Assembly (NCBI GenBank): GCA_963798285.1
Contig: CAWCSR010000003.1
Location: 400,905 to 464,904 of the forward strand
DNA length: 64,000 bases
Direction: 5' to 3'
DNA from: an uncultured Thermoleophilia bacterium
Lineage (GTDB): Bacteria > Actinomycetota > Thermoleophilia > UBA2241
Notes under the pieces: model-generated
Told to the model about the DNA's origin: nothing
What the model saw: the letters and a program-made list of their open reading frames with translations, nothing else
Database searches by the model: none
Made by a program: the position numbers and the translations under genes
In this document: piece by piece, positions 1 to 9,822 of the stretch
Layout of the letters: the number at the start of each line of letters is the position of its first letter
Numbering within the stretch: position 1 is the stretch's first letter

Positions 1-1
1 C

Positions 2-910
2 GTCGCCGCGCTTGTCGTCATCGTCCTCGCGGCGCTCAGCGTCCGCATCGTACGACCGACGCACCGGGGCATCGTCGAGCGCGTCGGCAAGTACCACCAT
101 TACTGCGAACCCGGTTTCCACAGCGTGATCCCGTTTGTCGATCGCCTGTACAAGATCGACGTGCGCGAGGTCCTGGTGGAGGCGCAGCCGCAAGAGATCA
201 TCACGAACGATAACCTGAACGCAAAAGTCGACGCCCAGGTCTACCTCAAGGTCAAGGCCGACGAGGAGAACATCAAGGCGTCGCAGTACAACGTCACCAA
301 CTACCAGAACCAGGTCGTGAACCTGGCGCGCACCACGCTGCGCAACATCATCGGCACGCTGAGCCTCAAGTCGGCCAACAGCGAACGCGGCAAGATCAAC
401 ACCGAACTGCGCTCGACGCTCAAGGTCGAGACGGCCAACTGGGGCATCGAGATCCTGCGCACCGAACTCAAGGAGATCGATCCGCCGCGGGACGTCCAGG
501 AGACGATGAACAAGGTCGTCAAGGCCGAGAACGAGAAGATCGCGGCCATCGACTTCGCCACGGCGACGGAGACCCAGGCCGACGGCGCCCGGCGCGCCGA
601 GATCAAGAAGGCCGAGGGCGTGCGGCAGGCCAAGATCCTCGCCGCCGAAGGCGAAGCGCAGGCCATCAAGCTGGTCAACGAGGCCGCGGAGCAGTACTTC
701 GTCGGCAACGCCCAGGTGCTGCGCAAGCTCGAGACCGTCGAAAAGGCTTTCTGGCAGAACGCCAAGATCGTCGTGCCGTCGGACGGCAGCCTCGTGAACG
801 TGATCGGCGACCTGGCCGGCGTGGCGCCGGTCCCGAACCGCACCCGCGGCGAGGCCGCCGGGCACAACGGTCACAAGAGCGACAGCGACTCGCTGGCGTC
901 GGCCGCGTGA
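2..910 (+). CDS. SPFH/band-7 (stomatin/prohibitin-like) protein, 5' end cut by window edge
   Basis: The frame is open from the window start (…VRIVRPTHRGIVERVGKYHHYCEPGFHSVIPFVDR…). Band-7-like blocks follow: EIITNDNLNAKVDAQVYLKV and WGIEILRTELKEIDPP. The C-terminus is Ala/Glu-rich. Confidence 0.8.
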   Translation, partial: VAALVVIVLAALSVRIVRPTHRGIVERVGKYHHYCEPGFHSVIPFVDRLYKIDVREVLVEAQPQEIITNDNLNAKVDAQVYLKVKADEENIKASQYNVTNYQNQVVNLARTTLRNIIGTLSLKSANSERGKINTELRSTLKVETANWGIEILRTELKEIDPPRDVQETMNKVVKAENEKIAAIDFATATETQADGARRAEIKKAEGVRQAKILAAEGEAQAIKLVNEAAEQYFVGNAQVLRKLETVEKAFWQNAKIVVPSDGSLVNVIGDLAGVAPVPNRTRGEAAGHNGHKSDSDSLASAA

Positions 911-1057
911 CCTGAGCACCGGGGCCGCCGGACGCTATCGCGGGCGGAGGCTCGGAGGCCGAGGAGCGGACGGAGCCCGGAGGTCGAGGAGCGGGCTGGG
1001 GCGAGACCGGGCAAGGCCGCCTTGGCCCGCCCCTCGGCATCCGAGGAGCGGCGGCGC

Positions 1058-1750
1058 TCAGAGTTGCTGCAGCACCGCCTGGAGGAGCGCCGCGCCGGTG
1101 GGCTCCTCGGTCCGGACCGGGGCGGGACGCCCCCACTCCCGAGAAGATCCCTCGCCGGCTGCGCGATCCGCTGACGCGCGCAGGGGGGCGGCGCCGAAGT
1201 CGAAGAAGTCGTTGGCGCCGCCCTCGGGCGCGCGCACCGCGTCGAGCGTCGCGCGCGGCGTCGACTCGTCTGCATCAGTCCGGCCTTCGTCATCCCGGCG
1301 CGCGCTGTCTGAGCCGGCGCCGAAGGCGTCCGCATCCTCCCCGCGCCCGCCGAGCAGATCCGCGTACTCGTCGGCGCGCATCGCGTGCAGGCCTCTGTCC
1401 ACGCACGCGCAGAGGTCGGCGGGCGGGGCCGGCGTGGCCACGCAGTCGTCCGCGCCGGCCCTCCAGGCCTCACCCGTATCCCGGTGGGCCGAGCCCGCCA
1501 GGACCACGAGCCACGTGTCGTGGCCGTGATGGAAGTCGCGGACCAGCCGGCACATCTCGGGGCCGTCTATCCCCGGCAGGTCCCAGTCAACGAAGGCCAC
1601 TTCCGGCGGTTCGTCCTGGAGCAGCAACTCGAGCACGTCGGGCCCGTTGCCCGACGCGGTGACCTCCACCGGTTCATCCGCACCCCGCCGCACGGCGTCG
1701 GCCAGTGCGGCTTGGGCTTCGCTGCTCCTATGTGCGATGAGAAGGCGCAC
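1058..1750 (-). CDS. Stand-alone response-regulator receiver domain protein with acidic low-complexity tail
   Basis: GTG at 1750 is preceded by AAGGAG. The CheY-like receiver reads VRLLIAH…VAFVDWDLPGIDGPEMCRLVR…WLVVLAG. The C-terminal ~100 aa are D/E/G/A-rich with no recognisable output domain. Confidence 0.7.
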   Translation of the reverse strand: MRLLIAHRSSEAQAALADAVRRGADEPVEVTASGNGPDVLELLLQDEPPEVAFVDWDLPGIDGPEMCRLVRDFHHGHDTWLVVLAGSAHRDTGEAWRAGADDCVATPAPPADLCACVDRGLHAMRADEYADLLGGRGEDADAFGAGSDSARRDDEGRTDADESTPRATLDAVRAPEGGANDFFDFGAAPLRASADRAAGEGSSREWGRPAPVRTEEPTGAALLQAVLQQL

Positions 1751-1998
1751 GGTGCTCCTTGGTCGCGCCCTTTGAAAGGGGCGAAGTGGCTTGGTCACAC
1801 TCGCCGTCGTCCCCCCCGGGGTCCGCTCGCATAGGACGTTTGTTTAGGTGTGCCTGACAACCCGTGGCCTCGGCGGGCAACGGCGCGAGAGGGCCCTTCG
1901 ACCGGCGTCGAGCCGCCACGAAAGGTCGGTCATGAGCGGCATGGGCGTCCGCACCCGCGACCGACCACCCTCGCACCGCGGCGGACTATCATCAACGC

Positions 1999-2985
1999 AT
2001 GACCGGCGCTGCCAGATCCAGAGGCTCGGCTCTCGTCGCCCTGCTCGAGCTCGCCGTGCTGGGCGCCGTTCTGAGTGCCGCGCTGGCCGCCTGCGGCGGC
2101 TCCGGCGGCGCCCCGGGCGCCGCGAACACGCCGGTCTCCGCCGGCACGCCGTCGGCCGGCGCCGTCTACCGCGACCTCGCCTACGGCGCCGACTCGCCGG
2201 CCCAGAGGCTCGACCTGTACCTGCCGCCGCGCGGCGAGGCGCCGTACCCGGTCGTCATCGGCATCCACGGCGGCGGGTTCATGAGCGGCAGCAAGACGGA
2301 CGGGCAGATCGCGCCGGTGCTGGAGGCGCTCAAGCGCGGCTACGCCGTGGTCGGCCTCGACTACCGGCTGAGCCCGGCGGCGCGCTTCCCGGCGGCCATC
2401 AACGACGTCAAGGCCGCCGTCCGCTGGCTGCGCGCGCACGCAGACGAGTACCGGCTCGACGGCACGCGCATCGCCGTCTGGGGCGACTCCGCCGGCGGCA
2501 ATCTGGCGGCGCTCGCCGGCACGTCCGGCGGCGTCACCGCGCTCGCCGGCCCTCATCCGGCCGACGCCGGCCGGTCCGACAGGGTCCAGGCCGTGGTCGA
2601 CTGGTTCGGGCCGGTCTCGTTCCTCCGTACCGACCAGGACTTCCGCGCCGCCGGCTTCAGCCGGGCGAGCGTCGACGCGCCGAGCTCATTCATCTCGCAG
2701 TACCTCGGCGCGCCGCCGACCCAGGCGCCGGCCAAGGTCAGGGCGGCCGACCCCATCACCTACATCTCGCCCGGCGACCCGCCGATCCTCATCGAGCACG
2801 GCACCGCCGACTGCACCGTCCCGGTGGGACAGTCGGTGCGGCTCGCCGGGGCGTACGCGGCGGGGGTGGGCGCCGGCGCCGTGACCCTGCACCTCCTCAA
2901 GGGCGCCGGCCACGTAGACGCTGCGTTCTACACCAAGGCCCACGTGAACCACGTGCTCGACTGGCTGGACGCGCAGCTCAAGTAG
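1999..2985 (+). CDS. Alpha/beta-hydrolase (esterase/lipase, fold-3 type) lipoprotein
   Basis: Signal peptide with lipobox (LSAALAAC-GG). HGGGF oxyanion motif and GDSAGG nucleophile elbow are present. Confidence 0.8.
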   Translation: MTGAARSRGSALVALLELAVLGAVLSAALAACGGSGGAPGAANTPVSAGTPSAGAVYRDLAYGADSPAQRLDLYLPPRGEAPYPVVIGIHGGGFMSGSKTDGQIAPVLEALKRGYAVVGLDYRLSPAARFPAAINDVKAAVRWLRAHADEYRLDGTRIAVWGDSAGGNLAALAGTSGGVTALAGPHPADAGRSDRVQAVVDWFGPVSFLRTDQDFRAAGFSRASVDAPSSFISQYLGAPPTQAPAKVRAADPITYISPGDPPILIEHGTADCTVPVGQSVRLAGAYAAGVGAGAVTLHLLKGAGHVDAAFYTKAHVNHVLDWLDAQLK

Positions 2986-3016
2986 GCGCCGGGGGAGGGC
3001 GGAGAGGCGGCCAGAC

Positions 3017-3077
3017 GGCGGCGGACCGGCGGCCGGATGGCGGCGGACCGGCGGCCGAATGGCGGCGGACCGGCCGG
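3017..3077. repeat. 22-bp tandem repeat, about 2.8 copies (GGCGGCGGACCGGCGGCCG+3 nt)
   Basis: Copies start at 3017, 3039 and 3061. The first two are identical over 19 nt and the third degenerates. The repeat lies just upstream of the LuxR-family gene start. Confidence 0.85.
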
Positions 3078-3118
3078 CTCCGAACTGCATCGCCGGGGCG
3101 CCCCGCGCCGGTGATACG

Positions 3119-5443
3119 ATGACCGGGCATCCACGGCCGAGGGGGACGTCGATGTCGAGCTCATCTGGCCCGGCGATCCAGCAGGATTCTCAGGCGGCGA
3201 CCAGGCGGTCCCGTGTGCCCCGGGCGCCGTGGACGGAGCTCGAGCAGACCATCCCCGGCTTCCGCCCTCTCGGTTCCCGCCTCCGGCCGCCCAGATCCGC
3301 CCTGCCGGTGGTGGCGCGCGATGTGCTGGTCGGCTCACTGCTCGCGGAGCGGCGGCCGCTGGTCCTCATCACGGCCGCGGCGGGATACGGCAAGACGATC
3401 ACGCTCGCCCAGTGGGCCGCGGCCGACCCGCGGCCCTCAGCGTGGCTGCAGCTCGACGCGGCCGACAACGACCCGGTCGTCTTTCTCACCTACCTTTCGC
3501 TCGCGCTCGGCAACGTCGCGCCCCTCGACACGGGTGTCCTCGAGCTGCTGTGGCGGCGCGCCCCGCGCGTCGACGAGCTGATCCTGCCCGCCATCGCCGC
3601 GGCCGTCAGTGACGCGAGCCCGTTCTTCCTCGTGCTCGACGACGGCCACCTGGTGGAGAACGAGGCCAGCTGGCGACTGCTGGCCACCTTGCTCGACCAG
3701 CTTCCGGACGGCGCCCAGCTGTGCATCGGTGCGCGGACCGACCCGCCGTTGCCGCTGGGCCGGCTGCGCGCGGCCGGCCGGATCGCCGAGTACGGCCCTG
3801 CCGACCTGGCCTTCGACCGGCGCGAGATCCGCGCGCTCCTGGGCCTGCACGGACAGGACCCCGGCGCCTCTGAGGTCGAGGATCTGCACGCCGTGACCGA
3901 GGGCTGGCCGGCGGGGTTGTGCCTCGGTCTGCTGGCGGGCAGGGGTCGCCCCGAGGACTCGCTTGCAGGCGTGCGCGGCGACCAGCGCGCCATCGCGGGC
4001 TATCTCACGGAGGAGGTGCTCGACCGCCAGTCCGAGGATCTGCAGCGCTTCCTCCTGCGCACGTCGATCCTCGACCGGCTCTCGCCGGATCTGTGCCGGG
4101 CCGTGACCGGTGACGACCGGGCGGGCGAACACCTGGCCACGCTGGCGCGCGACAACCTGTTCGTCACCGCGCTGGACGACCACTCCGAGTGGTACCGCTA
4201 CCACCACCTGTTCGCCGACCTGCTGCTGACGCTCGAGGGGCGGCGCGCCCCGGGCGAGGTGGCGGAGCTGCACCGCAGAGCCGCGGAGTGGCATCTGGCT
4301 CAGGGGAGCCTTGATCGCGCGGTACGCCACTGGCTCGCATCGGGCGACATCGACCGGGCGGCATGGCCGGCGTTCGCGGCGTGCTTCGACCTGGTCGAAC
4401 ACGGCGAGACGGAGAGCGCCCGGCGGATGCTGGACTCGTTCAGCGACAGACAACTCTCGGAGCACATCGAGCTCACCATGGCGGCCGGCTGGCTCTACGG
4501 GACCGTGATCGGCGACCCGGTGAAGGGAGAGCACTGGCGACGAGCCGCCTGCTCCGCGCGCGTCGACGACCAGCCGATGCCCGAGGGCTCGGGCACCTGG
4601 CGCGGGTACCAGGCCGGCCTGCGAGCCTTTCTCGCGCCCGACGGGGTGTCGCACATGCTCGTCGACGCCGAGGTCGGCCTCGAGTGCGAGCGGCAGGCCG
4701 GGATGCCGACCTGCGAGGCTCAGCGCGTACTCGGCGTGGCGACCTACCTCAACGGACATCCCCGGCGTGCCGAGCGCTGCTTCCGGGAGGTGCTGCGAGA
4801 AAGCGACGACGCCCTGTACAAAGCCTATGCGCTGGCCTTCCTCTCACTGGTCGCGGCCGACGAGAACCGCGGCGAGGACGCAAGGGAGCTCGACGCCCGG
4901 GCGCAGGCGCTGGCGCCGGAGATGGGACTCGACCTCTCGCCGGGGATGTTCGCCGCGCTCCCGCTGCTGCTCTCCCACGTGCGCGCGCTCGCCCGTGAGA
5001 AAGACCCGCTCACGGCCACCTTCGTCGCCAGGACCGAGAGGTACCACCGCGACATGGTGCCGCAGGTGGACTGGCGTCTGCTGCTCATCGAGGTCGTACT
5101 GGGCGAGGTGCAGCTCGCCCTCAGCGCGGCCGCCGAAGCCGAGCGCTGGACGCGACGCGCCGAGGCGCTCCTCACGAAGAACGCGGACGCGGGGGTGCTC
5201 CGCAGCCGCGTCCATCGGCTCCGCGAGGCGCTCGAAGAGCGCCGCATGGCGGACCCGCTCACCGCGGCCGAGCGGCGCGTGCTCGACCTGCTGCCGACGC
5301 AGCTCACGGCCGGGCAGATGGCGACCCGGCTCTTCCTGACCGAGAACACGGTCAAGTCGCACCTCAACCACATCTACCGCAAGCTCGGCGTGACGACCCG
5401 GACCGCCGCCGTCGAAGCTGCGCGGCGGCTCGGCCTGCTCTAG
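3119..5443 (+). CDS. Large ATP-binding LuxR-family (MalT/LAL-like) transcriptional regulator
   Basis: N-terminal P-loop (ITAAAGYGKT), a long helical/TPR-like middle, and a C-terminal LuxR HTH (LTAAERRVLDLLPTQLTAGQMATRLFLTENTVKSHLNHIYRKLGV). The start is uncertain (3059, 3119 or 3152). Confidence 0.8.
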   Translation: MTGHPRPRGTSMSSSSGPAIQQDSQAATRRSRVPRAPWTELEQTIPGFRPLGSRLRPPRSALPVVARDVLVGSLLAERRPLVLITAAAGYGKTITLAQWAAADPRPSAWLQLDAADNDPVVFLTYLSLALGNVAPLDTGVLELLWRRAPRVDELILPAIAAAVSDASPFFLVLDDGHLVENEASWRLLATLLDQLPDGAQLCIGARTDPPLPLGRLRAAGRIAEYGPADLAFDRREIRALLGLHGQDPGASEVEDLHAVTEGWPAGLCLGLLAGRGRPEDSLAGVRGDQRAIAGYLTEEVLDRQSEDLQRFLLRTSILDRLSPDLCRAVTGDDRAGEHLATLARDNLFVTALDDHSEWYRYHHLFADLLLTLEGRRAPGEVAELHRRAAEWHLAQGSLDRAVRHWLASGDIDRAAWPAFAACFDLVEHGETESARRMLDSFSDRQLSEHIELTMAAGWLYGTVIGDPVKGEHWRRAACSARVDDQPMPEGSGTWRGYQAGLRAFLAPDGVSHMLVDAEVGLECERQAGMPTCEAQRVLGVATYLNGHPRRAERCFREVLRESDDALYKAYALAFLSLVAADENRGEDARELDARAQALAPEMGLDLSPGMFAALPLLLSHVRALAREKDPLTATFVARTERYHRDMVPQVDWRLLLIEVVLGEVQLALSAAAEAERWTRRAEALLTKNADAGVLRSRVHRLREALEERRMADPLTAAERRVLDLLPTQLTAGQMATRLFLTENTVKSHLNHIYRKLGVTTRTAAVEAARRLGLL

Positions 5444-5545
5444 ACGCCCGCCCCAAACCGCCGAAGCTTCACACCTTTCGTGTGACGACCGCCCCCGCCC
5501 CAGCAGTCATGCTGCCGGAGACATCACCGAAAGAAGGGGGACTCC

Positions 5546-6616
5546 ATGAAACGCTTCATCGCTGTTCTGCTACTGGCGGCGCTTGCGCTCGCGCTGCTCG
5601 CCACAGGTGCCGCAGCCAGTCCCGGCCGCGCCTGTACACCGACGCCGGGCACCGTCGCCACGTTCTCGCCGGGCCTGTACGGTTCGTTCGCGGAGAGCAT
5701 GGCTGCCGACAGCCACGGCAACCTCTACGTCTCGCTGACGACGTACGGATACTACGACCCAGACGACGAGACGACCGCCGAGCCCAACGTCGGCGAGCTG
5801 TGGAAGATCACGCCCGGCCACGACCCCGTCCTCGTCGCCCAGCCCGAGCTCACGCCCTACGGCATGCTCGCCGGCGTCGCCGTGGATCGCGGCGACCGCG
5901 TCTATGTGGCCGCCTACGACACGACGTCGGGACCCACCCCCAACGGCGTCTATCGCCTGGAGCGGGACGGGAGCCTGGCGCAGGTCGTAGCGCTGCCGGA
6001 GGGCGCGTGGCCCAACCGCTTGGCGTTCCACGACAACCGGCTCTACATCACCGACACGGCCGTCGGCGCCATCTGGCGGGTGCGCCTCGGCTGCGGCGTG
6101 GCGTCGCCGGACAGGGCGTGGCTGGAGGACGAACTGCTGGCCCCCGGCAACCCCGAGGAGGACGAAGCCGCATTCGGCCTGGGCGTGGACGGCCTCGCGT
6201 TCCGCGGCGACGAGCTGTTCGTGGATGTCTACGACTTCGGTCGCATCGTGCGCGTCCACGTCCGAGACGACGGCTCGCACGGTAGGCCGGCCGTTGTCTG
6301 CGAGCGTGCGGAGCTCAAGACGGCCGACGGCATGGCCTTCGACCTCGCCGGCGGCCTTTGGATCACGACCGCCATGGGCACGAGGGGTGTCAGCCCGAGC
6401 GGCGCCCTGTACAGACTCGCGCCGGGTGGCAAGCTCATGAAGGTCGCCGACAACCCCGGGTGGCTCAACTACCCGACTCAGCCGGTGTTCGGGAGGACGC
6501 TGCGCACCGCGTTCACGCTCTACGTCGTGAACGGCGCTTACTTCAGCTACGAGGACGGCAGCGCGCCCGACGTCCGGGCGCTCCGCGTCGGGATCCCCGG
6601 CCTGCCGCTGTGGTGA
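5546..6616 (+). CDS. Secreted beta-propeller protein (SMP-30/gluconolactonase/strictosidine-synthase-like)
   Basis: Signal peptide MKRFIAVLLLAALALALLATGAAA. Repeated blade-like segments (NRLAFHDNRLYITD, VDGLAFRGDELFV, ADGMAFDLAGGLWITT). SD GAAGGGGG lies upstream. Confidence 0.6.
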   Translation: MKRFIAVLLLAALALALLATGAAASPGRACTPTPGTVATFSPGLYGSFAESMAADSHGNLYVSLTTYGYYDPDDETTAEPNVGELWKITPGHDPVLVAQPELTPYGMLAGVAVDRGDRVYVAAYDTTSGPTPNGVYRLERDGSLAQVVALPEGAWPNRLAFHDNRLYITDTAVGAIWRVRLGCGVASPDRAWLEDELLAPGNPEEDEAAFGLGVDGLAFRGDELFVDVYDFGRIVRVHVRDDGSHGRPAVVCERAELKTADGMAFDLAGGLWITTAMGTRGVSPSGALYRLAPGGKLMKVADNPGWLNYPTQPVFGRTLRTAFTLYVVNGAYFSYEDGSAPDVRALRVGIPGLPLW

Positions 6617-6641
6617 GCGACCGGCGGATGAGGGAGGGACC

Positions 6642-7076
6642 ATGGACCTCACGGACTGCACGGCGTTCGCGGCCGAGCACCCGATCTGCTTTCTCGCCAC
6701 GGAGGACGGCGGCCGGCCGAGGGTCCGTCCGCTGCTCCTGTGGTTCGCCGACGAACGCGGCTTCTACTTCATGACGATGAGCCCCAAGGCGCTGTCGGAC
6801 CAGCTGCACAACGACCCGCAGGTCGAGGTCTGCTTCTACAACAGCGCCGGCGAACTGCCGGCCGCGCGATCGATGCGCGTGACCGGCGCTGTCGAGTTCC
6901 TCGACGACGCGGAGCTGGTGCACCGGGTGAGCGAGGAGCGGGCGGCGCTCGAAGGGCTCATCGAGCGCCCGCTCGAGCCGATCGCCGAGGTGTTCCGCAT
7001 CGCCTCCGGCGAGGCACGCTTCTGGACGCTGAACGACATCCTGAAGGAGCGCACGCTGGAGACGATCGCGTTCTGA
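6642..7076 (+). CDS. Pyridoxamine 5'-phosphate oxidase-family (FMN-binding split barrel) protein
   Basis: ICFLATEDGGRPRVRPLLLWFADERGFYFMT…QVEVCFYN pattern. Length 144 aa. SD GAGGGAGG. Confidence 0.65.
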   Translation: MDLTDCTAFAAEHPICFLATEDGGRPRVRPLLLWFADERGFYFMTMSPKALSDQLHNDPQVEVCFYNSAGELPAARSMRVTGAVEFLDDAELVHRVSEERAALEGLIERPLEPIAEVFRIASGEARFWTLNDILKERTLETIAF

Positions 7077-7161
7077 CGAGGGGACGACGGCGGGCGGCGG
7101 AGGCGGGCCGGGGGACAACGGAACCCGCCTCTGCTCCCGCCGGCGGGGGAACACAGGAAGC

Positions 7162-7644
7162 ATGGCGCTCTCCCGTGAAGAAGCCTCCGCGCAAACGACC
7201 TGCAGACCGGCGAAGCCGGAACGGCGCCAAGGCGGGCGGTCGTTCCTGGTCGAGCGGCGCTCCGGCTTCGACCGGCGCCGCAACGTGTGCCGCTCGCCCG
7301 TGGCGTCGGCCCTGGAGGCGCCGCTCATCCGGCTCCGCGACGACCCCACCCTGCTTGCCGAGCTCCTGGTGCTGATCAACCTGCTGAGCGTCGTGGACCT
7401 GCTCGTCACTCTCTCGCTGCTGCGCATGGGCGCCGTCGAGGTCAATCCGATCATGGCCCGCCTGCTGGACTACGGTCCGGGGTTCGCGGCCGTCGCCAAG
7501 ATCGGGATCGTTGTGGCGGCGACGCTCGGCCTGTGGTTCCTCCGCCGGCATCGCGCCGCGCTCACCACGGCCCTCGTCCTCCTCGCCGTCTACGGGTCGC
7601 TGGTGACGTTCGAGCTCGTGGGGCTCGTCTGGCTCGTGCTCTAG
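7162..7644 (+). CDS. DUF5658-like small membrane protein
   Basis: N-terminal ERRSGFDRRR motif followed by 3-4 TM helices (LLVLINLLSVVDLLVTL…). Confidence 0.5.
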   Translation: MALSREEASAQTTCRPAKPERRQGGRSFLVERRSGFDRRRNVCRSPVASALEAPLIRLRDDPTLLAELLVLINLLSVVDLLVTLSLLRMGAVEVNPIMARLLDYGPGFAAVAKIGIVVAATLGLWFLRRHRAALTTALVLLAVYGSLVTFELVGLVWLVL

Positions 7645-7887
7645 GCAGCCGGTGGCGGGCGCCGGGTCTGATCCGCGACAACGACCGCCGACCCGGCGTT
7701 TTGGGCCGCGGCCGACCGGCGACAACTCAAAGCGAGTGGATCTCAACAGCGCCCCGCCTTCCGCCGTCGTCAGAGCCCGCCGGCCGGACCTCCCTCCTGA
7801 GGCGCGCCGGCTCTCGGGCGTGTCTGCGCGCGATCCGCTCCTCACTCAGGCCTCCTGACACCCTCGCGAACGGCCAGAGGCAGCCAG

Positions 7888-9697
7888 ATGCGACACGTGC
7901 AGTACAAGTGGATCGCCCTCTCCAACACGACACTGGGCACCGTCATGGCGCTGGTCAACGCCTCCAGCCTCCTGATCGCGCTCCCGGCGATCTTCCGCGG
8001 CATCCACCTGAACCCCCTCGACCCCAACAACTTCGTCTACCTGCTCTGGGTCCTGATGGGCTACGGGCTGGCGACGGCCGTGCTCGTCGTCCTCTTCGGC
8101 CGCCTCGGCGACATGTACGGGCGCGTGCGCATGTACAACGCCGGCTTCGTCGTCTTCACGCTCGCCGCCGTCGCGCTCTCGCTCACGTGGGGCTCCGGAG
8201 CTTCGGCGGCGCTGCACATCATCATCTTCCGCATGGTGCAGGCCGTCGGCGGCGCGATGCTCATGTCGAACTCGGCGGCCATCCTCACCGACGCGTTCCC
8301 CGCCGATGAGCGCGGCATGGCGCTCGGCATCAACATCGTGGCCGGCCTCTCGGGGTCGTTCATCGGCCTGATCCTCGGCGGCGTGCTCGCCGCCATCGAC
8401 TGGCGCCTCGTGTTCCTGATCAACGTCCCCTTCGGCGTGATCGGCACCGTGTGGGCGTTCCTCATGCTGCGTGAGACCGGCATACGCCAGAAGGCGCGCA
8501 TCGACTGGCTCGGCAACGTCACGTTCGCGGCCGGGCTGCTCATGCTGCTCGTCGGCGTCACCTACGGCATCAAACCCTACGGCTCGTCGAACATGGGCTG
8601 GGGCAGCCCGTTCGTCATGGGGATGATCGCCGGCGGCGTTGCGGCGCTGATCGCTCTTCGTGCTCATCGAGCTGCGCGTCAAGGACCCGATGTTCGAGCT
8701 GCGCCTCTTCAAGATCCGCGCCTTCGCCGCCGGGAACCTCGCCGTGCTGCTCTCGTCCATCGCCAACGGCGGCCTCCAGTTCATGCTCATCATGTGGCTG
8801 CAGGGCATCTGGCTGCCCCTGCACGGCTACCGCTACGTCGACACGCCGCTCTGGGCCGGCATCTACATGCTGCCGCTGACGGTGGGCTTCATCATCGCGG
8901 GGCCGGTCTTCGGACGCCTCTCGGACCGCTACGGCGCGCGGCCGTTCGCCACCGCCGGCATGGTGCTGGCGGCGCTCAGCTTCCTCCTGCTCATGGTGCT
9001 GCCAGCGGACTTCTGGTACCCATGGTTCGCGCTCGTCCTGCTGCTGAACGGCCTCGCCTTCGGCATGTTCGCCGCACCCAACACCGCGGCGATCATGAAC
9101 AGCGTGCCGGCGCGCAACCGCGGCGTCGCCTCGGGCATGCGCGCGACCATGCAGGCAGTGGGGCTGCCGCTCTCCATCGGCATCTTCTTCTCGCTCATGG
9201 TGGTCGGGCTGACGGCCGCGGTGCCGGGCACGATGTACCGCGGCCTCACTCTCCACGCCGTGCCGGCGCAGATCGCGGCCGGGCTGTCGCACCTGCCGCC
9301 GACCGGCTACCTGTTCGCCGCCTTCCTCGGCTACAACCCGCTGCAGCAGCTGCTCGGCGCGAAGGTGCTCGCCGCCCTGCCGCACCTCGACGTCCTGGCC
9401 CTGCTCGGCAGGAAGTTCTTCCCGGCGCTCATCTCCGCGCCCTTCAGGCACGGACTCGTCGACGTGCTCCTCTTCGCCGCCGCGATGTGCCTGGTGGCCG
9501 CGCTGGCGTCGTGGCTGCGCGGCGGCAGGTTCGTGCACGATGAGGCGCACCAGCACGCCGGGCACGGCGAGGCCGCGGATCCGGCGCCGGCGAAGGCAGA
9601 CGCCGGCGGGGGCGGCCCGCACGCGGCGCTCCCCGAGCCCGACGCAGCCCGCGCCCGGACCTCGCGGCCCGGAGGAGGGGGTTCCGCAGGCTCCTGA
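7888..9697 (+). pseudogene. MFS transporter (DHA2/EmrB-like, 14-TMS type) interrupted by a +1 frameshift near 8650-8660
   Basis: The N-terminal half in frame 1 reads cleanly up to …GGVAALIA. Frame 2 continues with [28 protein letters not shown]… up to a stop at 9697. The frame-1 continuation is Arg/Pro-rich nonsense. Confidence 0.8.
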
Positions 9698-9822
9698 GCC
9701 GACCGGCGGACACGGGTGCGGGCCGATGAGGCGTCGCCCGCACCAGGTGGGTCCCGAACGTGCGTTCGCATCCGTCCGGCGCCGGTGCTAGCCTCGGTGC
9801 AGTCATCGAGGAGGACTCCCCC

